Source: Octopus sinensis
Lineage: Eukaryota
Direction of reading: 5' to 3'
Length of the DNA: 64,000 nt
Assembly: GCF_006345805.1 (NCBI RefSeq)
Contig: NC_043014.1
Location: 51,646,001 to 51,710,000 of the forward strand
In this document: positions 12,813 through 27,794 of the stretch, piece after piece
Position numbering within the stretch: position 1 is the stretch's first letter
Layout: every line of letters begins with the position of its first letter
The notes under the pieces: model-generated
Seen by the model: the letters and a program-made list of their open reading frames with translations, nothing else
What the model was told of the DNA's origin: nothing
Databases searched by the model: none
Program-made: the position numbers and the translations under genes

Positions 12813-13092
12813 ATACAGAGAAAGAAGAGAGAGTTAGGCGTATGATTATAATCCTGGCAAATCGAGCCTTCAAGTTATGACATCTGAGGAAGCGAATGAA
12901 CAATAGGATTATTAATGCCTCTTTCCACATGTTATGCTATGTATTACATAACATTGTATGAATTGCGTAATATTATATGAGATGTGGAATATGATATCGG
13001 CCGTTTACATAAACAGTTGCAATGTCAATCTGACTTCTTTCCTTATTTAAGATACTACTTTTATTTTATACACACACGTATATATATATATA

Positions 13093-13348
13093 CTGGTTTG
13101 GTGCAGAATTATTGCGGGCTTTTTTTTTTTTCAACAAATTTTATTTCAGAAAAACAATAACAATATTTAACAAAAACGTCTTCAAATGACGGTCTGACCA
13201 TTTGCCAAGCAACTGGGAAGCAGTACTTGAAGTAGATGGTGAATATGCTCCGGAATAATCATTAAAAGATGTTTTTGTTACATGTTATTCTTTTTGCCGA
13301 ATAAAATTTATTGAAATAAAGCCGCAATAATTATGCACCAACCCAAAA
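13093..13348 (+). mobile_element. Internally deleted mariner (Tc1/mariner MITE)
   Basis: ~29-bp imperfect TIRs (CTGGTTTGGTGCAGAATTATTGCGG / CCGCAATAATTATGCACCAACCCAA) with TA flanks. Remnant RSDHLPSNWEAVLEVDGEYAPE* at 13190-13258 resembles a mariner transposase C-terminus. Confidence 0.85.
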
Positions 13349-13388
13349 TATATATGCATATACACACATGTGTATATATATATATATA

Positions 13389-13436
<48 letters not shown>

Positions 13437-13438
<2 letters not shown>

Positions 13439-13626
13439 ACCTCGTGTGTACCGTTGGCGATTTTTTTTCCCTCTGTCTTCCCTTCTCTGGATCTTTCCTT
13501 CTCCTATGTTTCCGACGAAGAGCTCCGCTCGAAACGTTAAACCCTCCTTCTTTCCTGAGCGTCCAATAATACTATATTTGTTCCACGTCCTCGCGTTGTT
13601 GTGTTTTTTGTGCTTTCTTGTTTGAT

Positions 13627-13630
<4 letters not shown>
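13437..13630 (+). mobile_element. ~195-bp hammerhead-bearing repeat (Penelope-like pLTR / retrozyme-like), copy 2
   Basis: Alignable end to end with 33478-33670. Ends in GATTAAC followed by (TA)n and contains the hammerhead motif. Confidence 0.6.
13508..13542 (+). ncRNA. Minimal type-I hammerhead ribozyme-like motif (U4C)
   Basis: GTTT-CCGACGA-A-GAGC(TCC)GCTC-GAAA-CGTT-AAAC. Stem I is GUUU/AAAC, stem II is GAGC/GCUC, stem III is the palindrome AACGTT, and the triplet is GUU. Confidence 0.7.
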
Positions 13631-13686
<56 letters not shown>

Positions 13687-14904
13687 CAATGATTAGTGAT
13701 TTTCTCTGGCCAAGAAAATATTCTAATGCAATTAACAAGAAGTATCTCATCACAACAATAATTAGCACTTCTCTTAATTTTTATATGGACTCAGAAATGA
13801 TGAACTACAAAGTTGGACCTGGTAAGAGTTGAACATCGATGTGAGGAGTGGGAAGAAGTAACGCGAGGCCTTGCATCCAGCACTCTAACATCTGTGTCAA
13901 TTTGCGCAATTTGCAAGAAATAGCAGCGCAATATTATATGAAACCTAATTTACTCTCTTAAACGGAGAATGACACGTTGCGTAACTCGAAACTGATTTCT
14001 CTGTCTTTGAAACGACAGAATTGTCAAGAATTCCACGCATTTAACGATACGCTTACTTTGATGTGAGTTTTAACAACATATCAAAATCACGACAGTAAAA
14101 AGACTCTAACGTGTTGGCTGGCACCTAATTATCTTCATCCTAATTAGGGCGGAGAACCAAGAGAAATGCAAAAGGAAACCATGCTTTGATCCTTTGCATT
14201 CTGTTATAAACTCAAGCTTTATCGAATGTCATGGACTCATGCAATATCAAGATGCGTAATGATAATTAACACGTTACGTTAATTATTTACTATAGTAAAT
14301 TAAATTCATAAAAATCTTTGTGCTATATGTAGGAAATCGTATCGCTGTTACACGAAGGCAACCTCTGTAAGTATGAGTCCATTATTTCGTTATATGTAGA
14401 ACATCGAACCTATCTGCCTTACGAGGAGGAAATCGCCTGTGTTGCAGTTAGGAAATTGTCTCTATGTCAGATGTCGGAAATTACCTCCAGGCTGGAAGTA
14501 GGAAATATCTTCTGCATTTCAAATAGGACGTTGAACAAGAAAGTTGCATACTGCATAGGTTAAAACAGATAGCACGTAACCATATCTCTCGCTTTACGTT
14601 ACATATCCGGTTTAAATGAATGTAACGGGATTGCCTACATATATGGTCTTTCCACAAGTTAGAAGCAATAGCAGATTCCACACCCACCACTGGTAATTAG
14701 AACGTATATTTTAGATCATTTGCACCAACACGTGCTGGTTAAAAATTTATAAGAATTCTTTGATCACGTGTTGGGCTTGGAGAGTGCAAATGTGGGACCA
14801 AGCTCCGAATCAAGCTGTTGCAAATTACCATATTGTGAATATAATTTTTTTACAGAATGATTCACAGAGACACTAAGAGTTGCAATGCTGCTTTTATTTT
14901 CATT

Positions 14905-15130
14905 TGTCCTTTACTCGTTTTTATTCATTGAACTATGACCATGCTGGAGCACCACCTCAATGGGTTTAATCGAGCCACATCACAATGCCATTATGTATTT
15001 TAAAGTACGAAGTACGGTACTTGTTCTATCGGTCTCTTTTGGCGCGGACAGGCACTCCTTCAATCCAGGTAGCAAACACAGACACTTCCATGCATACACA
15101 CGCTCTGTATTTCATGCGCACACACACACA
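14905..15130 (-). mobile_element. SINE family A, degenerate 3' half
   Basis: atgaccatgctggagcaccacc...tacttgttctatcggtctcttttgg. Confidence 0.7.
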
Positions 15131-15284
15131 CACACACATGTATATATATCCCTCTCATGATATTATGGTCAGGGCATATGAATTTAATTTTATTTAATTC
15201 ACAGAGTATTATTTGAAACAGCTGTAAGGGATGATGATTGGCTTGTTAATAATAAACAATTATCAACTTCCTAATCTTCTTCTG

Positions 15285-15327
<43 letters not shown>

Positions 15328-15344
15328 ATATATATAATATATAT

Positions 15345-15520
15345 ACACGACGGACTTGCGCGCAGTTTCCATCTACTACCTTCAGGCTCAAGGTATTTGT
15401 TCAGCATGGAATCGACTAGAAATTATTTGTCCAGAAGGCCGTGCAGCGGCACTGAACTCTAAACAGTGCTTTTGCAGAACGAGCTCCCAAACCACACTGC
15501 CATGCTCAGCATTCCTCATT
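15345..15520 (-). mobile_element. SINE family A, degenerate 5' half
   Basis: cacgacggacttgcgcgcagtttccatctac...gcactgaactc...accacactgccatgc. Confidence 0.65.
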
Positions 15521-16166
15521 AAAACATTTTATAGTAATAGTCGTTTTTTTATTATTATTGTCTTTGTTTATATCCTGGTCATTGTGTATGGAACACAACA
15601 TATTCCACTAAGTAACGACGATGATATATTGGTCTTCTTAGGACCGCATTATCCAGTCGATACTACCTTTCAGTGAATTGTGATACAAGGCAGATTTGCC
15701 TTCTCTGCTTAGCATTAAAGCTCCCGTGTTGCTCTGTTGCCGATGCAACGTGCAAATGTAGCGGTCGAGAAAGAAAAAGTCAAAGGCAAACGTCAATCAT
15801 ATTAAACTTGGCGGCCGGGGAATCCTATAAATGTCAAAGAGGCCGCTCTTTCGTTTCCAACTAATTAATCAAAACAATTTTGATCGGAAAGTATTTTCAT
15901 ATTCTTTTAGCGATGCTCGGAATCTTGTTTGGCGATAGATTTGTTATGGAACGCAGAGGAAAATGGGGAAAAGAATAGAATCAATGGGAATAAATATGAT
16001 AAATGAAAAAAAAAAGGGGGAAAATGTATATACATTATAAAGAAATATACGGGAATTAGTATGCAGAAATGGAATATACACTCATAGATTTAAGCACAGA
16101 CAAAAACACGCATGCGTACAGTTCATGCATGCAACATGTACACATATATGCATCTGAGAGTGTACG

Positions 16167-16207
<41 letters not shown>

Positions 16208-16234
16208 TAATATATATATATATATAATATAATA

Positions 16235-16485
16235 TACATGTATAATGTATATATATATACATGTATAATGTATATATATATACATGTATAATGTATATAT
16301 ATATACATGTATAATGTATATATATATACATGTATAATGTATATATATATATACATGTATAATGTATATATATATACATGTATAATGTATATATATATAT
16401 ACATGTATAATGTATATATATATATATACATGTATAATTCATATATATATACATGTATAATTCATATATATATACATGTATAATG
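16235..16485. repeat. ~22-26-bp minisatellite (acatgtataatgtatatatatat)n
   Basis: About 10 units, each containing the palindrome TACATGTA. Confidence 0.9.
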
Positions 16486-17199
16486 CATATATATATATGT
16501 ACATTTATTTATACAAAAAATATATGTATATATATATATATATATATAGACATGTGCGTGTGTGTGTGTGTGCATGTTTCTGCATATATACACATATTTA
16601 TAAGCATACAATATATATATATATATATATGTGTGTGTGTATCATTGTCTTTGTATTTTTTATCATATTAAACTCAGATCCACCAATTTTGAAATGTATT
16701 ATTCAACATCAGAAGTAAAATAGGCAGCGATGAATAATGAATAAATGAATTTGAATAGCAACAGCATAAGAAATATGGTCGATAAAATGTTTCAATGGCC
16801 GCATTCCAATGACTGAAATGTGTAGAGGTCACTAGAAAACATAGGCACACTTGTAATCGTATTTAGAAGAAAAGTATGCTATTCTCCATGCATTGGGGAA
16901 CTTCTATCGCAAATATAGGCATTTTGAAAATCATCACACCGGTGTGTTTTATTTTTTTTAATGTTTATTTTTCAAGGAAACATCCGAGGTGAAAAATTAT
17001 AATCCGTACATGTAACACACATATCGGACTCACAAACTTACATTTGCACATGAAGACAAACATAAACACACATACACACACGGGGACACGAACATAGACG
17101 CAAACACGCAAGGACATATATACACACACACATATTAATGCATATAAGTGTACACATGCCTGTGTATATCTACGTAAATCTCTACATATCTGTGCTTAT

Positions 17200-17282
17200 A
17201 TGTTTATATGTATATATGTATGTATGTATGTATATAATATATATAAATAATATATATTATATATGTACATATGTGCTTGTTT

Positions 17283-17314
<32 letters not shown>

Positions 17315-17408
17315 TATATTATATATATATATATTATATATATATATATATATTATATATATATATAATATATATATATATTATATGTATATATCTTATA
17401 TGTATATA

Positions 17409-17446
<38 letters not shown>

Positions 17447-17478
17447 ATATGTATTGGATATATATATAATATTATTGT

Positions 17479-17510
<32 letters not shown>

Positions 17511-17615
17511 TATATAATATATATATATATGTATTATATGTATATATAATATATATATATATGTATTATATGTATATTATATATTATATGTATATATAAT
17601 ATTATATATTATATG

Positions 17616-17646
<31 letters not shown>

Positions 17647-17751
17647 TATATATATATTGTATAATATATATATATTATATTATATGTTATATTATAATAT
17701 ATATATATATATTATTGTAATATATTTATATATATATTTATATATATTATA

Positions 17752-17791
<40 letters not shown>

Positions 17792-17793
17792 AT

Positions 17794-17833
<40 letters not shown>

Positions 17834-17906
17834 TATGTATATATATTATATGTATATATATTATTATATATATATATATTATATGTATTATATTATATGT
17901 ATATAG

Positions 17907-17945
<39 letters not shown>

Positions 17946-18163
17946 GTTATATATGTATATATATATATATATTATATGTATATATATTATATGTATGTAT
18001 ATATATATATTATATGTATATATTATATATTATATGTATATGTATATGTTATATTATATGTATATATATATATATATTATATGTATTATAATAATATATA
18101 TTATATGTATATATAATATGATTTATAATGTATAATAATATATATATATTCTATGTATATATG

Positions 18164-18202
<39 letters not shown>

Positions 18203-19086
18203 TATATTGATATATATATTATATATATATAATTATATGTAATATATTAATATATATATATATAATATATATATTAGTATGTTATATATTATATGTATAT
18301 ATATATGTATATATATATTATATATATATATTATGTATATATATATGTATATATAATGGGATTATATATATATAGTATGTATATATATTATATGTATTAT
18401 TATATGTAATATATATGTATATATATTATATGTATATATAATGTATATATATATGTATATATATATATATGTATATATATTATATGTATATATATATATG
18501 TTATATATATTATATGTATATATATTATATGTATATATATTAGTGTATATATATTATGTATATATATATTATATTATTATTATATATGTAATATTATATA
18601 TGTATATATATATTATGTATATAATACTATATGTATATTATATATATATAGATATATTATCGGTTAGAGTATTGATATAGATAGTTGGATATATATCGAT
18701 ATAGTATATGTAATAGAGGATATAGATATAATACTCATGATATAGAGAGATTTTTAGGAGATATAGATATATTATATAGATATATATATAGATATATATA
18801 AGAGTGAATATATAATAGATTAGCTATAGATATAGATATATAATATTATATAGTAAGGTCTATATATAATATATATAGATAGAGATATATTTATATCTGA
18901 TATATATTATATATGTATATATATTATATATAGATATATATATTATTATGTATATATATTATATCTATATATATATATGTATATAGATATAGTAATTTAT
19001 AGATATATTATATATATAGTATATATAGTATATATTAATTGGATATATATATATATATATTTGGTATATAGATATTAATGTATATA

Positions 19087-19118
<32 letters not shown>

Positions 19119-20405
19119 TATATATTATATGTATATATATATAGATATATATATTAATATATTATAGTTAATATATTATATGGAGAGAGATATATATATA
19201 TAGATATATTATTATATGTATATCTATATATGTATATAGATATATATATATATATATATATTATATGTATATATATTATATGTATATATATATATTATAT
19301 ATATATAGATTATATGCTAGATTTATATGTATATATGATATATTATATATATATATATATATATATTATTATGTATATATATTATATGTATTATATATAT
19401 ATATTATATGTATATAATTATATGTAATATCTATATATATGATATATATAGTAATATATATATGATGTATATATATTAATGTATATATATATATATAATA
19501 ATTATATGTATATATTATATGTATATATATATTATTATATATATTATATGTATATATATTATTAATATATTATATATATAGATATTTATATATATATATA
19601 TATATATATAGTATATGTATATATATTATATATATATATATATATATATTAATGTATAATTATATATATAGTATATATATATATAATATATAGATATATA
19701 GAATGTAGATATATTATTGTATATATATTATATATATATAAGATATATATATATCTAATATATGTATATATAGTATATATATATATATATATATAATTAT
19801 ATGTAGATATATTATATAATATATATATATATATAATAATATATATATATTATATGTATATATATTATATATATATATATATTATATATAATTATATGTA
19901 TAATATAATATATGTAATTATATATTATATATATAATAATATTATATGTATTATATTATATGATATAATATATATCTATATTATATATATATATATATGT
20001 ATATATATTATATGTATAATATATATTATATGTATAATATTATATGTATATATATATATGTATATATATTATATGTATATATTTATATTTATATATATTA
20101 TATTATATATATATTATATGTATATATATTATATGGTATATATATTATATGTATATATATATATGTATATATAATCTATTATGTAATATATTATATGTAT
20201 ATATATATATTATGTATGTATATATATATATGTATGTATATATATTATATAATATAATATATATATGTATATATATATATTATATGTATATATATATATT
20301 ATATGTATATATATATATTATATGTATGTATATATATTATATGTATGTATATATATTATATGTGTATGTATATATTATATGTATATATATATATATTATC
20401 ATACA
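17200..20405. repeat. ~3.2-kb degenerate (TA)n field
   Basis: Almost purely A/T with recurring attatatgtatat words. The 18650-18900 part is noisier and richer in G. Confidence 0.95.
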
Positions 20406-20995
20406 CACACATGTGTACCTCTGTCTGCTTATGTATGAGCATGTTATATCAGTAAGAGTATTTTCGAGTAGAAGTATATTATTTTTCATCTCGGCTGTCA
20501 ACTTGAAATATGAAAGAAAATGTACAAAAATCGGTTGTTTTTTTTTATCCTTTGGTATTTTTCGGGAAACGAACTTTCCAAATATTTGATTTATGTAAAT
20601 ATTTGCCTCCATAGCACTCAATCATTCACGCAAACCCGCCCCACCTCTATCAATATCTATCTATACACACATATATATATATATATGTGTGTATGTGTGT
20701 TTTTTGGGGTGGTGGTTTGGTGCGTGTAAGAGCTATTCTTGACATGGTTATTGACACGCATTAGGTGAGCCAACCTACTAAATTATACCGATGTGTCTAA
20801 AGAAAAAAAAAATCATTAACTCTCTCACTGAATTAAGTAAACAAAGAGGATGATTAATTAGATATTTTAGAAACTAATGTAAAAAAAAAAAACAGAATAG
20901 GAAGTTTTGAATTTGTGTGTTTATATAGTTTTCTGTGTTTGGAAAGCAGGCGCATGCACTTGGTCGTTCTATACAACCTTATATACAAACATGCA

Positions 20996-21078
<83 letters not shown>

Positions 21079-21614
21079 GTATGTATGTATGTATGTATGT
21101 ATGGATGGAGGGTCAGAGGGTTGCATAGTTTATCAATCTGCAAATCGTTTGTGTTCGTTATGCGAAGTTCATTAAATTACTCGTAAATAAACTGGAAATT
21201 AAATCTCGAAAACAAATTAATATCACGCAATCGTATATCGAATGAGTGATAATATTCTTTCCTACCAGTATCCTTATCGTCAAAATCGTTATCTCCATGA
21301 TCGTTATCGTGACAGTAGTTATTATCATTGCCATGATGATGATCACCAAGTTTAACGAGTTATAAGTTCAAGTGATCCGGAGTTCAAATTTGCCTCTGAT
21401 GCTTTCACTGTTGATGAAATAATGTATTGAAGTAGATGTTATGACTAACGCCAGATATACAAGAGAATTCCCGGGTAGATTTTGAAGTTATGATCTGAAA
21501 TGTTACTTTCGCTTCTTTCCACCCAGAGTCGCAGGCCAGATTTACAGCCATGTTTATATGCATCCACAAGTGGATCATGTGTTTACGTATATATATTATA
21601 CGTACATGTATGAG

Positions 21615-21679
<65 letters not shown>

Positions 21680-21848
21680 ACAATTAAGGATAAAATCTTA
21701 ATAAGGGCTCTTAACAAGAACTAATTCAGTTTTTTGAATGTCTTGCTTCGGGAGCTGCATTGGTATGATTAGTTAAATTTTGGTAGTAATTACTTATGTC
21801 CTCTTAGCGTGTGGCATTTATGTGTAATAATGCCCTCTATACAATATA

Positions 21849-21880
<32 letters not shown>

Positions 21881-21921
21881 ATATATGTATATATATATTA
21901 TTATATGTATATATATATATG

Positions 21922-21970
<49 letters not shown>

Positions 21971-22073
21971 TATATATTATATATATATTTATATTATATA
22001 TATGTATATTTATAATATATTATGTATATATATGTATATTTATATATATATATATATATGTATATATATGTAA

Positions 22074-22104
<31 letters not shown>

Positions 22105-22618
22105 GGATTATATATATATATATATAATATATATGTTATATGCGTGTGTGTGTCTATATATTTCTTATATATATAATATATGTGCGCGTGGCTGCGTGAT
22201 GAGAAGTTTGCTTCTTAATTACATGGTTCCGAGTTCAGCCACTCGGCGTGCCTCTTCGGCTCGTGCTTTTCGGCTTGTGCAATTTAGCATGCATTTTGAG
22301 CTTTCCTTTTGGGTCTGCTGTAGATCCAACCCGAATATAGAGTTTTTGAGTAAATTTGGTACACGGAAAACGTAGAGACACGATATGTTTAAATGCCTAT
22401 ATCTGTGTGCGTGATTTTGCCGTTGCCTGATAATCGCCTGATAATCGTTGATTCGTTGCTTCCCCCCAATCTTGCGATACGACAACATTAGACAAAAAGA
22501 ATAAAAACCATAACTAGAAAAATTTACTTGGGTCCATTCGTATGACTAAACCAATCAAAAGATAATGCACCAGAATGTCGCAATATAATGACTGAAATAA
22601 GAAAAAGATTATTATATA

Positions 22619-22689
<71 letters not shown>

Positions 22690-23944
22690 GGGAGAGTTAC
22701 ATATGTATGTTTGTGTGTGGTGTGTGTATATGTATATTTATTTATTTATTGATATATCTTTGTACCTTGCGTTAATAGAATGGAAAAGTAATTGCCTGAA
22801 GAGGTAACTAAACCTAACCGAATATCCTTTTCAATTATCAGAATTTAATGTAATTCTGCATCTCCTAAATACAGCCATTGTTATAGATGTTCATTTAAGA
22901 ATTCCTCTCCTTCTTCTTCGCCCTACACAATTTTTCTCCATAGGTATTTAATGCTCCTATAGACTTTCGTTGTTCGTACAACTCTGAAGAACAACAGCGA
23001 TTTAATAGTTCTGCCAGTACCAGATGTCTACAAGAACGAACCCATTTTGCGAATCAACGCTTTGGTAAATATCCACAAGACTAAATTGGGATGGAAGTGC
23101 TGATGGTGGTGGTGGTGATAATGGTAGTAGTGGCAGGTCTTCAAATGACCGCCACCATCATGGCTTACCCCACGCCTCCACGTCTAACACTGTCCGGCAT
23201 TATCTTTGTTAGAGCTCACAATTTCCTGTTGTTTGCCTGTCAATTACACGGACATAATTTAGGGAACAGTCTGTTATATAGCGGTCCAGTAGTCTGCAAA
23301 ATATGAATCCGGCGTGGCGTTGACCACTGACCAGTGAAGCCTGTATTTTGTGTAACGTACCTCGCAACATGTGGCAATCGAGTATTGTGAAGAAAATAAT
23401 TTGTCCTCCGTCGTGACCTGTGTAACGAATACATTTTCTCAGTGGAATCGAAACTGAATCGAAGAATATGAAGATTAAATATTGGCATTATGGTACACGC
23501 GTTTTCTCAGTTCAATACATAACTGAAAGGGAGAATCGTGGACACTCCCCCACCCTATGTCTATTATCGTTGCTCAATTCGGGAACTCGCCATTCATCCT
23601 CTGGGAGACGTTAAAATAAGTACAAGTTGGTCACTGGGGTCGATTTAATTGACTTAACCATACCCCCGAAATCTGCTTACTTTGTGCTAAACTATTATTA
23701 TTATTATTATTATTATTATATGTTCGATTTTTGCTTTGTACTTGTACAAGTTGATTCCAAGTCTCATCCAGAGATCTCAAGGGACAAAATGGAAATAGTA
23801 TTATGCCTAGAGTGTCATATATTTGGTTTTGCACATAGACGATATTTTATATAGGATATGTGCAGTTCCCATGAACACAATCATATTATTATTATTATTA
23901 TTATTAATGATATTTTCTACTGGGAGCACAACGCTAGAAATTTG

Positions 23945-24270
23945 GGGATCTAGTTCAGTGCTTAATCGACCCCGAAAGGATGAAAGCTAAGGTCGAACTC
24001 GGCGGAATTTTAACTCATAATGTACCGGCAGACTATATACCTATTTCTTTACTACTCACAAGGGGCTGAACACAGATGGGACAATCAAGGACAGACAAAC
24101 GGATTAAGTCGACTATATCGACCCCAGTGCGTAACTGGTGCTTATTGAATCGACCCCGAAAGGATGAGAGGCAAAGTCGACCTCAGCGGAATTTGAACTC
24201 AGAACGTAGCGAGAGATTATATACTGTTAAGCATTCCGCCCGGCGTGCTAACGATTCTGCCAGATCGCCA
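23945..24270 (-). mobile_element. SINE family B, composite
   Basis: Same two-domain layout as 35994-36380 on the reverse strand. Confidence 0.85.
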
Positions 24271-24304
24271 CTTTAATAATAATATAATAATAAGGATTTA
24301 ATAA

Positions 24305-24660
24305 TAAGGCAGGCTAGCAAAAGCGTTCTTACCGCGCAGGATAAAATGCTTACCATTTACGTTATGAGTTTAAATCGAAGTCGACTTTCTATTTCATCCA
24401 GTCGAAATAGATAAAGAAAGTGTCAGCTGATCACTAGGTTTGATGTCATCAACTTACCGCTGCCCGGTAATTACCTGCTTTATGCCAAAATTTGAAACAT
24501 GATACGTTAAGCTGACAGAATCATTTGCGTGTCGGGCAAAATGCTGAGTCGTTTTTCTTCCGTCTTTGCATACTGAGTTCAAATATCAGTTGAGCACTGG
24601 GGTCAATATCATAGACTACACTCTGCTCCAGATTTCCAGAGTCTGTGTCTCTTGTAGAAA
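24305..24660 (+). mobile_element. Two old family-B-like SINE remnants
   Basis: Degenerate ggcaggctagcaaaagcgtt...gtcgactttctatttcatcc, and ctgacagaatcatttgcgtgtcgggcaaaatgctgag...ttcaaat. Confidence 0.6.
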
Positions 24661-25344
24661 GTATGGATATTATTATGAATGACACATTCAGGCCGTCTTA
24701 TCACAGAATCGTTACTGAGATGGACTGAATGTTTAGCGGCATTTCTTTCCTCGTTGCGTGTGTATGTTTGCGCGTACATATGTATGTACCAGTGTGCGTG
24801 TGTATGTGTGTTTATGCATGCATGTATGTATGTGTGTGTATATATGAGTTATATTAGTGAGTGTGTGCATATATATATATATATATATATAATATATATA
24901 TATATATATTATATATATATATATATATACATACATATATATGTGTCTGTTTTAGTAACTATATGAGTGTGAATTCTATGTGTCCGTGTCTCTGAATGTA
25001 GTAAAAAAGAAAAACTCATTAATTCTTATTTTATTTACAAATCTTCCTGTTTTCTCAACCTCGGAGTTTTGACGAGGTTTTGTCTGTGATAAGAGATTTC
25101 TAAACCTGTTAACAATTACTGGAAGTCTGTAGATTTCAAGAGAAAACAAAGAGCCTCTGTTTTCTAATTCTATTTAAAGGGTAACAAGCAGTTTTTATGG
25201 GATCACACACTGACACCCGACTAGACAAATCCACAACTGTACTCATACAAGTTTCATGTACGTTTACATGGGCATACATGTTTATGTGTGCGTGGGTGTG
25301 TCTGTGTGTGTCTATGTATATACCTATGTATGCATATGTGTATG

Positions 25345-25389
<45 letters not shown>

Positions 25390-25804
25390 TGGTAATGGCT
25401 ACACACTGACAAACACTGTCACATTTAAGGAACATAAACACTTACTCAGATACTGTCTCTTACTCATTTCGCACACTTAGATGTAGTTCTCCCTTAAAAT
25501 TATAAAAATATTACTGACCTATATTCAAGAAATATCAATATAGATTAATCCTGTTATATGCATTTTCAAAATAATTAAATAACTACACCTTAAAAAATGG
25601 AATCATTTGGAGTAACACACAATTAATTAATCACACGTTTGTATTTCAACTACGTAGACATAGAACAAAGGGACTTTATGTTTTAAGTTGCAAGTGGAGC
25701 ATTAAAAACGTAAAATATTTTCTACAAACTTTCGACAGTGAACGAACAAATGAATTAACACATACCACACACACATGCACAAAACTCAAACGAAAATCTA
25801 ATAT

Positions 25805-25850
<46 letters not shown>

Positions 25851-25934
25851 GCGTGTGTATATGTATACATTTGTGTGTGCGTGTATATATGTATACGTTT
25901 GTATGTGTGTATATATACATATATATATATATAT

Positions 25935-26063
25935 GTAAAAAAATACAAACTGGGACAAGAACGCAAAACATTTAGACGATGATACAAAAAACACGGACGG
26001 GACATTCGAAGCCTTCAATCTTCAGTCAAGAACTGGATCATCCTCGCAATTTCCGCTGATTAA
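25935..26063. mobile_element. ~130-bp unclassified repeat embedded in (TA)n
   Basis: Non-microsatellite insert flanked by TA tracts on both sides. Ends TCCTCGCAATT...GATTAA(TA)n. Confidence 0.45.
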
Positions 26064-26069
26064 TATATA

Positions 26070-26123
<54 letters not shown>

Positions 26124-26778
26124 TATATATATATTGGTGGGTGTTCCGAATATACCACGGTTAAAGTTGCCCGCCATTTCACTTTTGTGTGTATGACTAC
26201 AATTTTGGGTCTAACCCAATTCTTTGTTTTTGCCAGGGTGGAATAAGTCGCAGGCTGCTGTGGAACTCTAACCCATATATCTGAACATGAAAATATTTGT
26301 AACATTGGACCATTGTAATACTTTGAATATTTCAATTAATTTGAAATACGACCAACGTTCGTATAACGTCAGAATTTTTGACGTCTGAAGGATATAGAAA
26401 TTTCGAGAACCTGGAATAGATTTTCTTTGGAATGGTGATTCACGACAGAACTAAAACTCTAACTAGATCGATGCAAATATTGGGTTAGATAAATTCGAAG
26501 CCTGTCCGTGTGACTGGAACGGACATCTCATTGGAACATGATATGTTAATGTTCATTTGTAATTGGTCAGTGGATTTGAAGAAAACTCAATCATATAGCG
26601 CCTCGCTGCATACTTCAATTAGCAGGTGATGGTTCTATGTTATAAGTGTTACTTATATGTATCACCTCAAATTCACAAGTAAATATGAAGGTCAATTTTC
26701 AGTATTGATGATTACGCTTACAGAACCGAAGTTTACAGACACGCATAGAGAGACAGATAGATATATAGATAGAGAGAA

Positions 26779-26812
<34 letters not shown>

Positions 26813-26813
<1 letters not shown>

Positions 26814-27112
26814 GAGGCGCAATGGCCTAGTGGTTAGGGCAGCGGAATCGCGGTCGTAGGATCGCGGTTTCGATTCCCAGACCGGGCGTTGTGAGTGTTT
26901 ATTGAGCGAAAACACCTTAAAGCTCCACGATGCTCCGGCAGGGGGTGGTGATCCCTGTTGTACTCTTTCACCACTCTTTCTCTCTTTCTTCTGTTGGCCT
27001 GCTCGCTTAGCCAGCGGGGCGGCGTCATTCGAAGGCTAAAACAATGCGAACGCATTGTGACCAGCGATGTGTAACAACACCTGATGGACTGGTCGGTCAC
27101 GTGATCACGTGA
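26813..27112 (+). mobile_element. tRNA-Arg-like SINE family C, tail type Y
   Basis: Same ~185-bp 5' part as the 8510 copy, then an unrelated tail ending GGTCACGTGATCACGTGA. (TA)n lies on both sides. Confidence 0.85.
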
Positions 27113-27794
27113 TATATATATATAAGGGAGGGGGCTAGGAAGTTAACAATTAGTGGAACGGATGTGGCTGTTAAGAATATATAACTATGCCAATGATTTT
27201 AATCGCTTCTCTCATTGTTGTTACATTTAAACTGAATCCTGTAAGGTACATCCTGATTAGGTTTGTAAATGATTGTCTGTTAGTCCTCCCCACTGATGCA
27301 GTTTAACAGCTTTACCATCATTATCATCATCATTTCTTTATTAATATCTTCTCTTTATTTCTCATGTTGATAAGGTTATTTTGTTTATATATTGTTTATG
27401 CTGTGTGTAAATACGTTTGTGCGCGTTAATGTATTGTCATTTAATGCTGTTGCCGTAATATGTATCAACATTCACACCTCAGTGATTCTGTATATTTCGT
27501 TTATTAAAACAGAAGTGTTTATTAAATAAAAGCAAGAAAAGCCAGGTAAATAACTGGTTTCGGTTATTTCCCAGTAACCACAATCCCATTGCTAATACCA
27601 AGAACATCTTTAACGACGGGATCTCGCGTTGCTAAGAAAATATATTATCTTACTCGCTATTGTTTTATTGAAGTAAAGATTGTCTTCGCCACCAGATTAC
27701 ATTGCTATCAGAAACAATATTCGTAATTCCCAAGTTGTGTGTCTCGGTATCAGGATACAGATATACACATACATACACACTATAAAAGAATATC

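Noticed and set aside
14485-14550. 66-nt minus-strand exon candidate (YATFLFNVLFEMQKIFPTSSLE)
   Set aside because: The signals are only moderate, several acceptors compete, and such candidates are expected by chance in 64 kb.
21255-21350. Acceptor-like site followed by a TM-like or His/Asp-rich peptide
   Set aside because: This is decayed (ATC/GAT)n low complexity, and all frames stop quickly.
23085-23210. Gly/Ser/His-rich frame DGSADGGGGDNGSSGRSSNDRHHH
   Set aside because: It derives from (GGT)/(GTA) repeats and has no credible splice sites or start.
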